From the NCBI GenBank assembly GCA_046563655.1, contig CM102283.1:1302001-1366000 (forward strand): 64,000 nt of DNA, read 5' to 3'. Source of the DNA: Yuukianura sp. NJ FZ-2021 (lineage: Eukaryota). The notes beneath the pieces are model-generated. The model searched no databases. It was not told where the DNA came from and saw only the letters and a list, made by a program, of their open reading frames with translations. Shown one piece after another: positions 39,950-52,778 of the stretch (positions within the stretch are counted from its first letter, which is position 1; every line of letters starts with the position of its first letter). Made by a program: the position numbers and the translations under genes.

Positions 39950-42866
39950 CTACTTTTTTAAATGTAGTTGAGCTGCACAAGATTCTTTGAGTTTGGAAAT
40001 TCCTGCACTTCTATTGGACGCGTACTTTTGTTCCCAGGCGTCGAGAAGAAGGTTGTGGTAATGCGGCTGTTGAAAATATTTCAAGTAGCGATGACTCGTT
40101 GTCGAAGGAAATATTCTTACAAATCCATCGCACTATTAATTTTAACAAAAATCATATTTCAATATTATTCAAAAATTAATGCATTTTTAGCTTATATCAT
40201 TATACCAGGCTTAGTTTAAGCATACTTTAATTGAAGAGTAATTAACAGTATACCTGTGTCAGCTCATCTTCTGCAGTAATTAGCTCCCGTAAGTCATCTC
40301 CAGTTAAATTTTTCAAAATGTGTTGCCGGTACTACAAACAGCATCAAGCACAATAGAAAACGGATACACCAATATAGAACAAAATAAAAATTCGCGTTTC
40401 TACGTACCGACAATTCTGCCAAATTTTTGGTTAAAAAGGCATGCTTCCGTTTAGTATGTAAACTGTTTTTGACTGTGTACAAGTTGCCATCAAATGTAGT
40501 TTTCACCAAAGTTACGTTCTCTCCCAACCGTTCCCTTATGACTCCCTAATTCAAAAAAAAAAAAATACTCACATTTAAAAAAGCAAGAAAACGACTTTTT
40601 TGCCATTTAAAGTGTAACGTTGATTCAACCTGGGCAGATTTTGATAGTGATGGTGGAAAGTGGTAGCCGGCAATATTCAAGTACTCTGTAACTAGTTTTC
40701 CTTTTAAATCTTTCAGAAACCCAGAGTCAGTTCCCATTCCTGTAAATATGTACAATTACTGTATAACCGAGCATACTTAAACTATGAATATAACAACCGC
40801 ATTGAGCTGAACATAATCGAAAAAACGAATATCAGTATACCTGGTGAAACGTTGACCTCGAAGAGCCATGGTCGAAGTTTATTGTCCATGCCGATATCAA
40901 AACCGTACAACTGATACGAATTATAGCGATTTTGGGCCTCCGAAGCATATTTTGTCATTGAACTCTCGACCGAAATCAACGTCTTGAGAATCACGTCTTC
41001 AATCTTGTTTTTGATTGGTTCTGTAGCGACCCCTCTGTCTTCCAAGTAGCGCCAAAATGTTTGAACGGACCTTAAAATATATTTCCATCAACTATTTGAT
41101 TTGAAATAAAATATAGTATGATATATCTAATCAATAGCGAATTAGTATTATAGGTTATATAATCTTTAAGGATTTTAGCCTTCATATGAGATTAATGAGA
41201 TTAATTATAATGATAATAATAATAATAATAATAATAACAATAATAATAATAATAATAAAATCCACCTCCGAGTACATAAATCCAATACTCAGCTCCACAT
41301 ATGCAAAGCGGTTTTTCAGAAAATCGTTACATGTCGAAATGGGAAATTGTCATTTTTTGGCGGTTTCAGTTGAGCTGAAACGAATCATCTCCCTATTAAG
41401 AATTGAAACTGTGACATTGCACTGTTAAGTAAATGGGACAGATCAGCAACAAAATCCGCTGTTATATGCCTCGGTCTATACTATACTCAACAGCACTTAT
41501 GCTGAGCGGTTTTTCAGAAAATCGTTACAAGTGGATGTGGGAAATGAAATAAAATTGTCATTGTTTGGCGGTTTCAGTTGTGCTGAAACGACACGACAAA
41601 TCTATGTATAAATATGTTCCAAGTTACTTACCACTGAAGCCCTGTCGTTCCATTTAAACTCTCATTCTTTACGTAGCGACGACTTCGTTTGTTGATGGCG
41701 CGATTTGTCAAGTGGATTTGTCTCTTGTTGGCTTTGTCACTTTTAGCGGAGTATTTTGAAACAGCAAATCGAACAAATCCGTCTTTGTAGAAATACGCCC
41801 TAATAGTAAATATAATGAAATTTAAAAAAAACGTAAGTCTTTAAAAAAATCAGACTTTTTTTGAATTACGTACCTCAAAGGTCTGAAGCTTGTGACAAGT
41901 GCATAAAGACGGAGATCAAATTTTCTGTTTTGAACGAGCAGAGGCCGAATGTATTCCTGAACAACCCAACTTCTGTTACTAGATTTAATTTGACTCCAAT
42001 TTGTAATCACACGAACCCCAGCACCATTCGCCTTGTTTGTCTGTAACGTTAGTAACAAAAAAATTATAATGTGTATTAGAATACATTATTATAAAATTAG
42101 TTACATAGTATTCGCCCATACCGGTTTGCTAACCCACAAGCATTTGCCTGAGTCACACTTCTTTGCCGTCCACACCGCTTTCAGTCTTTCTTTGTCTCCG
42201 GGAAGCAAAAACGTACGAGGAACAAAGTCGTAGGTTCGAATCCCATGACGCAAAATTGACATATTCAAATTGAGCCACAACAATGCTTTGTTATCCAACT
42301 CACGAGCACCTAATTTCATTTTTAAATTAGCATTTATATATTTAGTTATCCAAATCAATAGCTAATTAACTCTGTAATTAACTAAACCAAAGGCAAACGA
42401 CTGCATTTACAAACAAACCTGGCAAATAATTAAGTTTTTGATGCCTTTCGACTGTGCTGAACAACGCTTTGCCCCATGGAACATTGTAGTTTGAGTCAAC
42501 TAATGTAAATCCTAAATCCAAACAAAATGCTAGACAACTTTTTAAAATTTAAAAAAAGTTTTTTCAAAAATTTGAATTACCTGAACTTTTCAGAGTGTTT
42601 TGAACAATTTTGCTCCTGACTCGTTCCTTTCTCCAAGTCAAATGTTTTCTCACTTCCCTCGGCCATGGCGGTGAAATAGATTCGTTGTGAAGCACAAATT
42701 TGTAGTATGGAGGGACATTTGGAAACAATGATGCTCTGACCCCTGATAAGTTTGTGACCTCCTTAGCAGTTTTGAGTTGGAGGTCAATGCCATTGGCTTC
42801 TTCGGGTAACGCGTGACCTTGAAGTAGGCTGACACTCAGCAGCAACAACGGCAGTTTCATTTTCAT
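39950..42866 (-). CDS. TTLL4-like tubulin polyglutamylase-family ATP-grasp ligase, copy A, with N-terminal signal-peptide-like leader
   Basis: [67 protein letters not shown] motifs over ~10 exons. Confidence 0.9.
41213..41258. repeat. (AAT)n microsatellite, intronic
   Basis: About 15 AAT units with one AAC interruption. Confidence 0.95.
41308..41590. repeat. Imperfect ~80-bp direct repeat x2 in TTLL copy A intron
   Basis: gcggtttttcagaaaatcgttac...tttggcggtttcagttg.gctgaaacga at ~41308-41384 and ~41507-41591. Confidence 0.8.
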
Positions 42867-43179
42867 GGAAAAAGTGACTGAATTGAGCACTAAGTGAAGT
42901 TTTCTACTGCGCGGCGAAAAACAAACGTTAAGCAACTGGCTTCATCCACTACTTCATTTATTTAACTATTATTAATAGTCTTAGCACAGTTGTTATTTAT
43001 GCATGTAAATTTAGTATAACTAATTCCAAAAATGTTGTTAGCAGGAAAGTAGTACTCCAGGAGTAAGTTTTGTGTCGACGTAAAAAAAAATACAAAAAAT
43101 GGCAAAGATGAAATCATTGGCACTGCTCGTTCCCTTCAACAGAATATATTTAATAGATCTTTGTTTCTGTTATTTAGTT

Positions 43180-46008
43180 TTACCTTTGTTTATTTTTATA
43201 ATGTCGAAGATGTAATTTTGCAGCACATGCTGTTTTGAGTCGTTCAATCCCTTCAGTCCTGTTGGCTCCGTATTTCTGTTCCCAAGCGTCTAACAGCAAA
43301 TTGTAGTAATGCGGTTCTGCAAAATACTTCAAGTAGCTGTGACTCAATGCCGATGGAAAAATCCTGACAAATCCATCGCACTAAAATTATATTGAATAGA
43401 TATTATATAACTAAATCCATAAATAATAAACTTAACAATATTTATAATTATAGGATACCTGTGTTAGTTCATCTTCTGCCGTAATGAGTTGGCGTACATC
43501 ATCCGCAGTTAAGTTTGTAAGGATCAGCTCCTGCATTGTCTAAATAAAATTTAATTTACTCATAAAAGTATAACGTTTTAAAATTTTACATCCAAGGTTC
43601 CTTGACAACTGAAGTGTAATTCCTACAACAGGTTGTTCAATGACTCAGAGTTTCCAAAAATACTTCAAACAAATTTCATTCCATTTCCATTTCCAAACCA
43701 ACCCCATTTACATTAGATGCAAAAAATTACCATAGAAAGGCAGCTTTGGTATTTTCAAACTAATTTTAATACCTTCCAGATATTGGACAACCTGGTGAAG
43801 AAATTTTTTTTTGTTGACGAACCTTGGTTAGTTCGGAGCTTGACCAAAAGTTGTCAATAACCGTCTGGTGCTTTTTCTTTGTTTCGATGCCTGTGTTAGC
43901 AAAGTACAGTTTGGAGTTAAAGGTCACTGACCTCGGAACGACATCGCCCTGACTCCGAAGTCGTTTCACGATGGACCCCTAGCAACAGATTAACTTTCCA
44001 AAACTGTCGAAAACTTATGAAAATTTGAAAAAAATTTGTGTTTTTTTCAGTTACTTGAGCGGAACGTGGAATTGACGCTGGAAAATGGTAACCGGCAATA
44101 TTGAAATACTCCGCCACGAGTTTTCCTTTTAAATCTTTCAGGAGTCCAGAGTCCATTCCCATCCCTGAGCGTGAAATTGAAATATTTTAAAAGAACGTGA
44201 AAAAATGTTCCAAGACCTCTAGTACATTTTGGGAAATTTTCATAACTCACCTGGTGAAATGTTCACTTCGAATAACCATGGCTTAAGGGCGTGGTCAATT
44301 CCAATATCAAATCCATATAACTGGTAAGAGTTGTAACGGTTATGAGTTTGAGAAGCGTGAGCGAGGATCGAACCTTCCACCGAAATTAGCGTTTTTATTA
44401 TAACGGCTTGGATTTGCTGCTGGATTTGAGTTGTGTTTACGCCTCTTGCATCCAGATAGCGCCAGAGTGCCTGAACCGACCTTTCACGCAAACATACACT
44501 TTACTAATACTAATATAATATACTATTATTTTATTGCTATATAAGTTTCTAAATTTACCATTGACTACCACTGCTTCCATGCAAACTGTCGTTCTTTACG
44601 TAATTTTTACTTTTCTTGTTTATCGCACGATTAGTCAGGTGCATTGTGGCGACTCTTGCTTTTTTCGTGTCGTTGGAAAACTTTGTGACTGCGAAACGCA
44701 CAAACCCATCCTTGTAATAATACGCCCTAGAATATTATATAGGTATACTAATTACACTTTAATATATTATTTTAGAACTATTTCTATTATTACTACTATT
44801 TTAATAAGTTACCTTAGTGGACGATAACTAGTTACGAAAACATAGAGTCTGAGATCAAACTTTCTTTTCTGAACCAACAGTGGCGAGATATACTGTTGCA
44901 CAACAAGCAATTTTGCATTGGCCAATTCCATTTGTATTTGTCGCCATTTTGTTACCACTTGAACTCCTGCGCCATTGGCTCTATGTGGCTGTAGAATCAG
45001 AATGGAACATCGTATTTAATATTTATAGAGTCAAATTAAATAATTTAGAAGAAATAGTACTTACAGGTTTTATTATCCACAAACAGCTACCTGAGTCACA
45101 GTTGTTGGTATTCCAAGCGTGTTTGAGCTGTGCAATGTCGTCGGGTAGAAGAAATGTTTGTGGAACAAAATCATACTCTCCCGCTCCAGTTCCGTGTCGT
45201 GAAATAGACGATTTCAAATTCATCCAAAGCTTGGCCTTGTTTGCTATCTGTCTCGAACCTATAATTTAATACTATATTGTATATTGTTTTGTGTTTTATT
45301 GTATTTTATTAGATTGTCTATAATCATATTGTATTTAGTTATATTGCATTTATTTAAAAAAAAACATTATAATAACTAAACTTCATTGTACCCGAAAAGT
45401 ACTGAAAATAGTACCTGGTATCTGATTAATTTTTTGACGTGGTTCCACAATTATGTTGACTTTTACGGATTTATCCCAGGGAAAGTTCCAATGTTTCCTT
45501 ACGAGTCGAAAACCTGCAAAAAAAAAAGTTTTTACTTTTCACTTTTATTTAGTTTATGAACGACGCATTTTAAAACAGTTAGGAAATATACTATAAACCA
45601 ATGTAAATCTTATTATATTACCTGAGCTTTTAATTGTGTTTCTAATGAGGTTGTTATTAACTGAATCTTTACGCCAAGTCAAATGTTGTTGAATCTCTGA
45701 TGGCCAAGGTTCCGTTGATTCATTGTGGCAAACAAATTTGTAGTATGGTGGAACATTTGGAAACAGAGATGCCCTCACGGCTGAACTTTTGGCAGTCTGT
45801 GACCTTTGACCTTGTGCAGCCTCATTGTTTCTAAACCTAAACATTTTTTAACTGGAGGATTTTGACATGTTGAATTAAATCAAGAAATACTTCCTTACAA
45901 TTTTTGCCGTTCGCTTCCGCTTTTCTTCCTGACTTTTTTAGTGCCATGTCCAGGAAAGGAAAGCCCTTGCCAGAGACATAAGATTAGTAGCACAAAAACA
46001 AATTTCAT
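43180..46008 (-). CDS. TTLL4-like ligase, copy B (tandem paralogue), with N-terminal signal-peptide-like leader
   Basis: Exon 1 MKFVFVLLILCLWQGLSFPGHGTKK..(46008-45899) splices in phase to [16 protein letters not shown]; same catalytic motifs incl. HLTN, YGFDI, FEVNISP. Confidence 0.88.
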
Positions 46009-46583
46009 GATACGTTGGAGCAAGTTCAAAACCAGAAACAAAATTCGGTTTTATTTCATTTGAGACTAAAGGGGGTGAACTCAAAAAAGCGTTAGGTATA
46101 AAGCAAAGGCAAAATTCTGGCAAAAGCAACTCGCATTAGAACAAAAATGGATGAGCTAAAACATTATTCGTCATTTGTTCAGCCACACATCTTAAACTAA
46201 TATTATTCATTATAGTTAATTCTTAGAATTGTAATTCTTATAATTCCATAATTGTATTACTTACTGCAAGGTCAACTAACCCGTGGAAAAGAAAACACTT
46301 GTGCATAAATTATTTGTCAGAAAAAATCTATAAGCGAGCGCATGCAGGGACACCTATTATAGCAATAAAAAAAGGATTTCGATTTGAAAAAAAAAATTCT
46401 TTTCATCAATCCTTTTTTTTTTCTTAAAGAAACTCAAACGAGAGCTAAAGCAATTCTTTAGTTAATTTTTGTGTTTTACACAATTTTTTCACTACTTGTT
46501 ACTAACAATGCGTGCAGGCATAGAAGTAGAAAGGAGAGATTTGGACCTTTTTCTTAATTCTTTTTCTTTTCAAAAATGAACCC

Positions 46584-47974
46584 TCATTTTTGAAAACACA
46601 AAAGATCGATGACATTTGCTATAATGACGTCCTTCATTACAGACGGGAATGTGCTTTTTTGAATGACGGTAGAATCTGAAATGTGGACGCGGACTGCACG
46701 CAGACTCTTGAGTGACATGGTATCCAGGCTCGATAATTTGTATCTTCGCGCCGTTATCAGAATTTTACGAAAATTGATCGAGCATTCGTAAACTTCCGCG
46801 GCCGAATCCATGATGTCGTTTATCAATTTGAGGAATCCCGCCGCTAAGCCAACGGCCACAACCGTCGTTGCCACACCGCATTCCGGCGCACAGTAAATTG
46901 TGCAGAATAGCATTGCGATGATACATGAATATCCAACTGTCAGTTCCGCACAAAACCAGTGGCGCCACTCGGTGTTGAACTGTTGAACTATTAGTTGTAC
47001 CATTTGGTACAACCGCATTTACGACAAACTGTCACAGTTCTCTCTATAAATGTCCAGAAAATTCTCCCTCTCAAGAAATTCTAAAATGTCAAGAATTATA
47101 ATGCAAAATATTTTGAAAAATGTAAAAATTACGTGCTAGTGGTTGTCGCTAGGATCTTTTGAGCTACATGGAGCGACATGACCACTGGTATTATGTTGAA
47201 GATGAAAATGAATTCGAAGGCCACCCAAACCATCACAACTGCAACAAATCCACCCGCGAAAATAAAGTAAAAGTCTCCGAAGATTTGTACGGCGACCAAT
47301 TTAATGATCTTGAACGCATGTGTTTCCAGCTCAAGATGGACGAGCATGCCAAGTGGGATACATGGAATTGTCAAGATCATGAGTACCAGGAACACTGCAA
47401 CGGAATTTCCTGTGTCACTTTTCAATTTTGATTGCGGAGAAATTTGTCCTGTTGGAATATTTTTTATTACAATTTTGTGAGGGTTCGCATCGCATCAGTA
47501 TAAAATCTTTCTACCGAAATACCTATGTTTTAGATAGCTAATTCTTCTATAAATGCTAAAATCTTAGGAATCGGTTGTAACTAAACGCAAGTAATACTTA
47601 CGCAGTTCTTGAGCCAGTTCGAGTATTTTCTTCATAAAATCAACGTTGGCTGCGGCGTCGAAGAAAACTTGGAGTTGGAATAATATACATTCCGTGATCC
47701 AAGTGCACATCACAAAAGTGACAATTCGTTCCTCAGCAGGGATATTTGGTGTCAAGAGGTCATAAACCAGCGCAACAATGATGACCAGCAAATGGATCAA
47801 TACCGAAGCTGCGATGATAACCTTGAACAAGCACTTGTTCGAACCGTCTAGACCGGCTTTGACGACCTCATCACCTGAAGCAGTTTTAGAATAAGCGAAA
47901 TAGTACGGTACCACTCCGTAGCGATGGCCGAGATTAATAAAGCCAAAAATTAACGATAGTTGTCCGAAATTCAT
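46584..47974 (-). pseudogene. Gustatory-receptor-like chemoreceptor, probably pseudogenic
   Basis: 3 exons, C-terminal KSLRAVRVHIS..IIANVIDLL; in-frame TAA at 47019-47021 in exon 3, and exon 2 donor phase does not match the obvious acceptor. Confidence 0.6.
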
Positions 47975-49750
47975 GTTTCAGCGGTTTCAGTATCGTAGCA
48001 GTAGAATTCAGTTGGCGTTTTTTATGAGATGTCAACTGAATTTAAAAACAAAGATTAACATTAATTTAGGTCTAATTACTCTACGAGGCCAATTTATGGA
48101 ATGATGTAGCAAAGAAAACTTGTCTCATTATTAGAAGGCAAGGAAAAAAGGAACTTTTTGTCTTTGCTATTTTTTGCCTATTAAATATTACAGTTTTCAA
48201 AGCAGCAGATATAAAAAGAACTTAAAACTTTAGTTCTCTGAATGATTCAATGAGCTATTCTTTCATTTGACGTCAAATATGAGAACATAGCAGTCTAAAG
48301 TTTGAGGTGAGCCTTTAAAATAAACTTTTCTAAACGGTGAATGTAAGCTGAAGTAGTTAATTTGATGCGGGCTCATTATTTTCAACCTTTGACACAGCCA
48401 AAATTTGACTAACCCAACAACGCCATTGTAGTGACCTTATCGAACGGCTTGAATCATGAAATAACATGGTAGTTTTTCCACATGAAAAAATTCTTTGGTT
48501 AGCTCAATAATGATTTGTCAAAAATTCAAAAAACTGTGAATTATTTAGTACATGGATTTAAATAATCCTCGTATAGATAGTTACTAGCGTTTTTTCCCGT
48601 CCAGGACGACTTTAGCAGAACCCATAATATGTTCTGCAAAAAAATAAATTTTTTGAAGGTTACCCGACCTATAACATAACGTATACCTGACTAAACACTC
48701 CATTGAGAGTCTAATTGCAAACCGAAATATAGAGCGAAATATAGAATATAAATATAGATTCTATATTTGTATTTTATATTTTGAATTACGAAATATTGCA
48801 CAATTTACACGAAGAAAAATACAAATATTAATATGAATATCAAACTCGTGAGTCCTGATAAAACCAGAAGAAAAAAAAATATCACCCTAATTTTTCCAAT
48901 TCGAATCAAAATTTGGGGGATGATAATCCCCTACGGATATCTCGAACCCCCCAAATCATCAGCAATATCTAAAATTTCTTGATGAAATCTACCGAAGTCT
49001 CAGATATACCTAAAATTTCTATTTGATTAAATCTATCTTAAATTTTTTTGACTTGGCGTCTGTTCAAAAATCATGGAACGTTTGACCTTGCAATCCGAGA
49101 ATTTGTCCCACTTGGACCCCATGTTTGGCCAGTATTTGAAATGACTTCCTTTCGAAAATTTTACACAAGTTTCTATACGTCTTCATCTAGTTATCCTGAA
49201 AATTTCATTGGTGAAACATTTCAAGTACACCCATTTCTGCCAGGCCCAAAACACGTCGATAATCGAAACCCTCCTTTCAAATAAAAAACGTCCTTATTTA
49301 AAACAGAAAAGGAATCAATTTTGAAAAATAATATGGAATGTTTGATTCAAAAGTGTGCTGTTTATAGTTGAGCACATAAAGAACATAAATCAGGAAGAAG
49401 AGAAGAGAAAGTTTGCTACACTTTCTTCTGAAAGTCTCGAATTCCGAGAAAACACGACTACTCGCGTCTCGGCAACTCTTTCACTTTCTCGCAAATTTTT
49501 TGGCGCTGTTCGTCTGTGTTTTCTTTTCATCTGCATCCTGATGATTATAAGTTCCGAAGAAAGTGTGGTTCTGCACGGTGGTTTTCGCCCCATTGGGCTC
49601 CACACTTTGCAAAATCAATTTCCGCTCTCTCAAATCATACTTAATTCAAATGAAACTCATGTGATTCATAACTTATAACCTAATTTTAAAGTGAAATTTA
49701 TCCAGAATTTTTGAATAATTTTGAAAAGTGAAAGTGAAAGCGGGGACTTC

Positions 49751-52746
49751 ATGTTTCTGGAAACAGTGATTGATCCCATGTTAGAATGGGTTAGAACAGT
49801 GCCTGTTGTGAACAAATCTTTTTGTTTTGGTGTCATGGCAACGGCAGTGCTTTTTGGAGGCTTGACTCAAATTGACTGTGTTGGTAACCATGAAGGGAAC
49901 AATGGTAACCATGGTAACGCTGCGTGGTTATCTCTCACTATCGTAACCACGGGACTCATTTTCTTGTCGTATTACCTTGGCGGGATTTTCAATTCCAAGT
50001 TAATTTCGGAAGAGGAATATGGAGGGCATGCAGTTTTGAGATTTCAGAGTCGAGTAAAACTTCTGCCCATTTCAGAATTGATTAGAAAACAGGCGCGAAA
50101 AGCAGAACGCGAACGCGTGAAAAGTTACGAACGCCGAATTTCTGCAATGGCGGCCGTGAAGGATCATGTTAAAACGCAATCCGATTTTTTAGTTGAAGCG
50201 ATTCTGGAGGGATACGTTTATCCCTGGTATCATCAAATCAGTGAAGAGCGTCTGTTTCCCATGGAAGTTCAACTAATTCTCCACGAAGCTTTTGGAAAAC
50301 TCAAAACAAAAATTGAAAACGTACGTAACAGAAATAATACACAAATTTTCGCGCGCGATGTAATGAATACTGAAATTTTCTAGGTTGATCGTACGTTACT
50401 AACGGTCGAAGTAGTGGAAATTCTTCATGCGCATTGGAATGAGTATTGCACTGCTGTAAAGAAAATCAAGAGTCCAAATGAACTCCTTATTCAAAAATTC
50501 ACGTAAGTTCTTAAAATTTAAAAAATTTCCAAAAAATTTTTCTAACTTGTTTTTAATAAACATTTTCAGACTATGCCACCCGTACGTTGAAAATCGAGAG
50601 GAAGTTCGGAAACAGTATGAGAGCCTCTTGTCCAGCTTCCTTCCCGAACTTCTTCCAGCTGAGCTCCAGTCTCCGCTTCTCTCCAAATTTCTGGCTGGAA
50701 TCATCGTCAAGGGAATTCTACTCTACTACGTTGACCTTCTCACTGACCCGAAGTGGCTCAACACCTTCCTCGTGTCACTCATTTCATCTGGAAACTTTGT
50801 CACTGTCTCAGACACGGGTTCGAATCCCAGCGGCTCTAATATTTCCTCGTCTCCTCCCTCCCCCTCCTCCACCAGCGGAACTTTCACTCCCCTTAATAAA
50901 GTAGAGTCCGCAGCCTCCCCTTGCGGAAATGGAGACGAAACGGACAAACGTTTGGAACATGTTGGCGCCAGAGCATCGCCAATTTCAAATTTTCTAGATT
51001 CGAAGGTCAACGGCGGCAGGGAGAGGTCAAAGGTCAATGACCCCGGGGAAAGGTCAGAGGTCAATGACCTCCAAGAGAGATCAATTGAAAATGCACTGGG
51101 CGGTGTCCTGTCTACCACTGCTCTGCCGCTTCTTCCGGACGGAGTATCCTACGCAAATCCAACACAAGAGCCACCAGAAGAAAAGAAATTTTCAATTCAG
51201 TTTTCAAATATTCCCGCCCACAAACCCCACTACCCCACCTCCCCTTCTACTGCACAGAGACACAAGTCGTGGGAAGAGGCGCCACACCGCCCCACCAAAG
51301 ACGATGGTGGGGCGGATGATCAGCTTACGGCTACTGGTGGCGCCAAATCATTTGATGAGTGCCGTGCCACTTCGTTTGTGGAACGTCAAAACGAATTTGA
51401 CTTTGGTCAACCATCACCAGCCTATGAAGAAGCCGAAGACTTTGCAGCGACTATTGCCAAGTTACGATCGCTGCTAGAACAGCGACAAAGTCAAACCAAC
51501 ATTGTGGAAGGACTCAGCGGAAAAGAGGAGCCGGGAAGTGTTCAGGGGGAGGCAAATTCAAAAGTGGGAGGAGTCAAAATTGGCGCCAAGACACGACGAC
51601 ATCTTGATTCCCAAAGTAGCGGGTCGAGTCTTGGATCTGACGGGTCATCTGTTAGTGCTCCTGCCCAAGACGCTGTAGACAGGTATGAACAAAGTTAAAA
51701 TTATGTCTTCTGGTTTTTGAAATTTCCAACTTTCAAAATTTTGAAAATTCATTTTATGTATTTAGCAAACTTGAAAAAATTGAAGACGACGAGGATGCAG
51801 TTGAGGACGATTGCGAATCGATCATCAGCCGATTTTTTCAAGACGTTTCAATTCCAAAGACAGAGTCGTGTGGCGACTCTGCTGATCAATTTACACTCTT
51901 CTGCATTCAAGTAACTGTTTTCAAAATTTCAAAACAAAGTTTCTTAAACCAAAAAATATTAAAAGTTCTGATTTTCAGTATACCGGCGTTTATGTTGAAA
52001 ACGAAAGTGGTGACTATGGTTCTCCCAAACTTGTTTTGAGAACGACAACAGTTAAGCGGAGTTTGAACGAGTTTCTGCTACTTCAGACGCAACTGGAGAA
52101 AAACGTAGATTTTCGTGGTCATTTGCGTGGAATCAAATCACATAATACTTGGCTTAGCCTCCCGTTCACTCATAGACGAATCTTGCTTCAACGCTACCTG
52201 CAACAGCTCTCTGCTCACCCCATTCTCGGATTCTGTCCCGAACTATGTCAGTTCATGGCCTACGGTGACGATGGATTTCAAATGTTCGCGCCATTTCCAA
52301 ATCGGTCCACTCACCTTCCCAGATTCGATCGTCTCACGAAAACTTTCACTGGAGTTCTGAATTCTCTTAAAGATGCTCTCCCGAGTTTTGCTGATGACGA
52401 GCATGAAGTTCGTTCTTTAGATGGCGACGGCGGGAATCGACCTGCGAAACCCCGGAAACGACTCAAGTCGTTTTTCCAATTTGGTCCGGACAAAAAGCAT
52501 TCAAATGAAGCGGTTGAGGTATGCCCCGAATTCAAAATTTCGAAAATAATTCTTTTTGAATTCTCTAAATAAGGGACAGGAGCTCCTCCTCTTTCTCACT
52601 TTCACTCGAAGTCGCGGTACCGTAAAGTTTTAATTTTGGAGGGAACGTATGTTTCAGTTTATCGGCTTATTTTTTACGATTGTTTTTTTTTTGGTTAATT
52701 TTTTTTGGTGCGAAACAAAAGTAATTAGATAGGTAATATATGTAAA

Positions 52747-52778
<32 letters not shown>

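Noticed and set aside
41186-41428. Poly-Ile ORF resembling a TM peptide
   Set aside because: Translation of an (AAT)n microsatellite in a TTLL intron.
31363-46008. Idea that the Glu-containing mucin is the substrate of the secreted TTLLs
   Set aside because: Only proximity (~8 kb, with unrelated genes between) supports it; eukaryotic neighbours need not be functionally linked.
48850-49300. Possible transposon remnant upstream of the sorting nexin
   Set aside because: No TIR pair, TSD or second copy found within the window.
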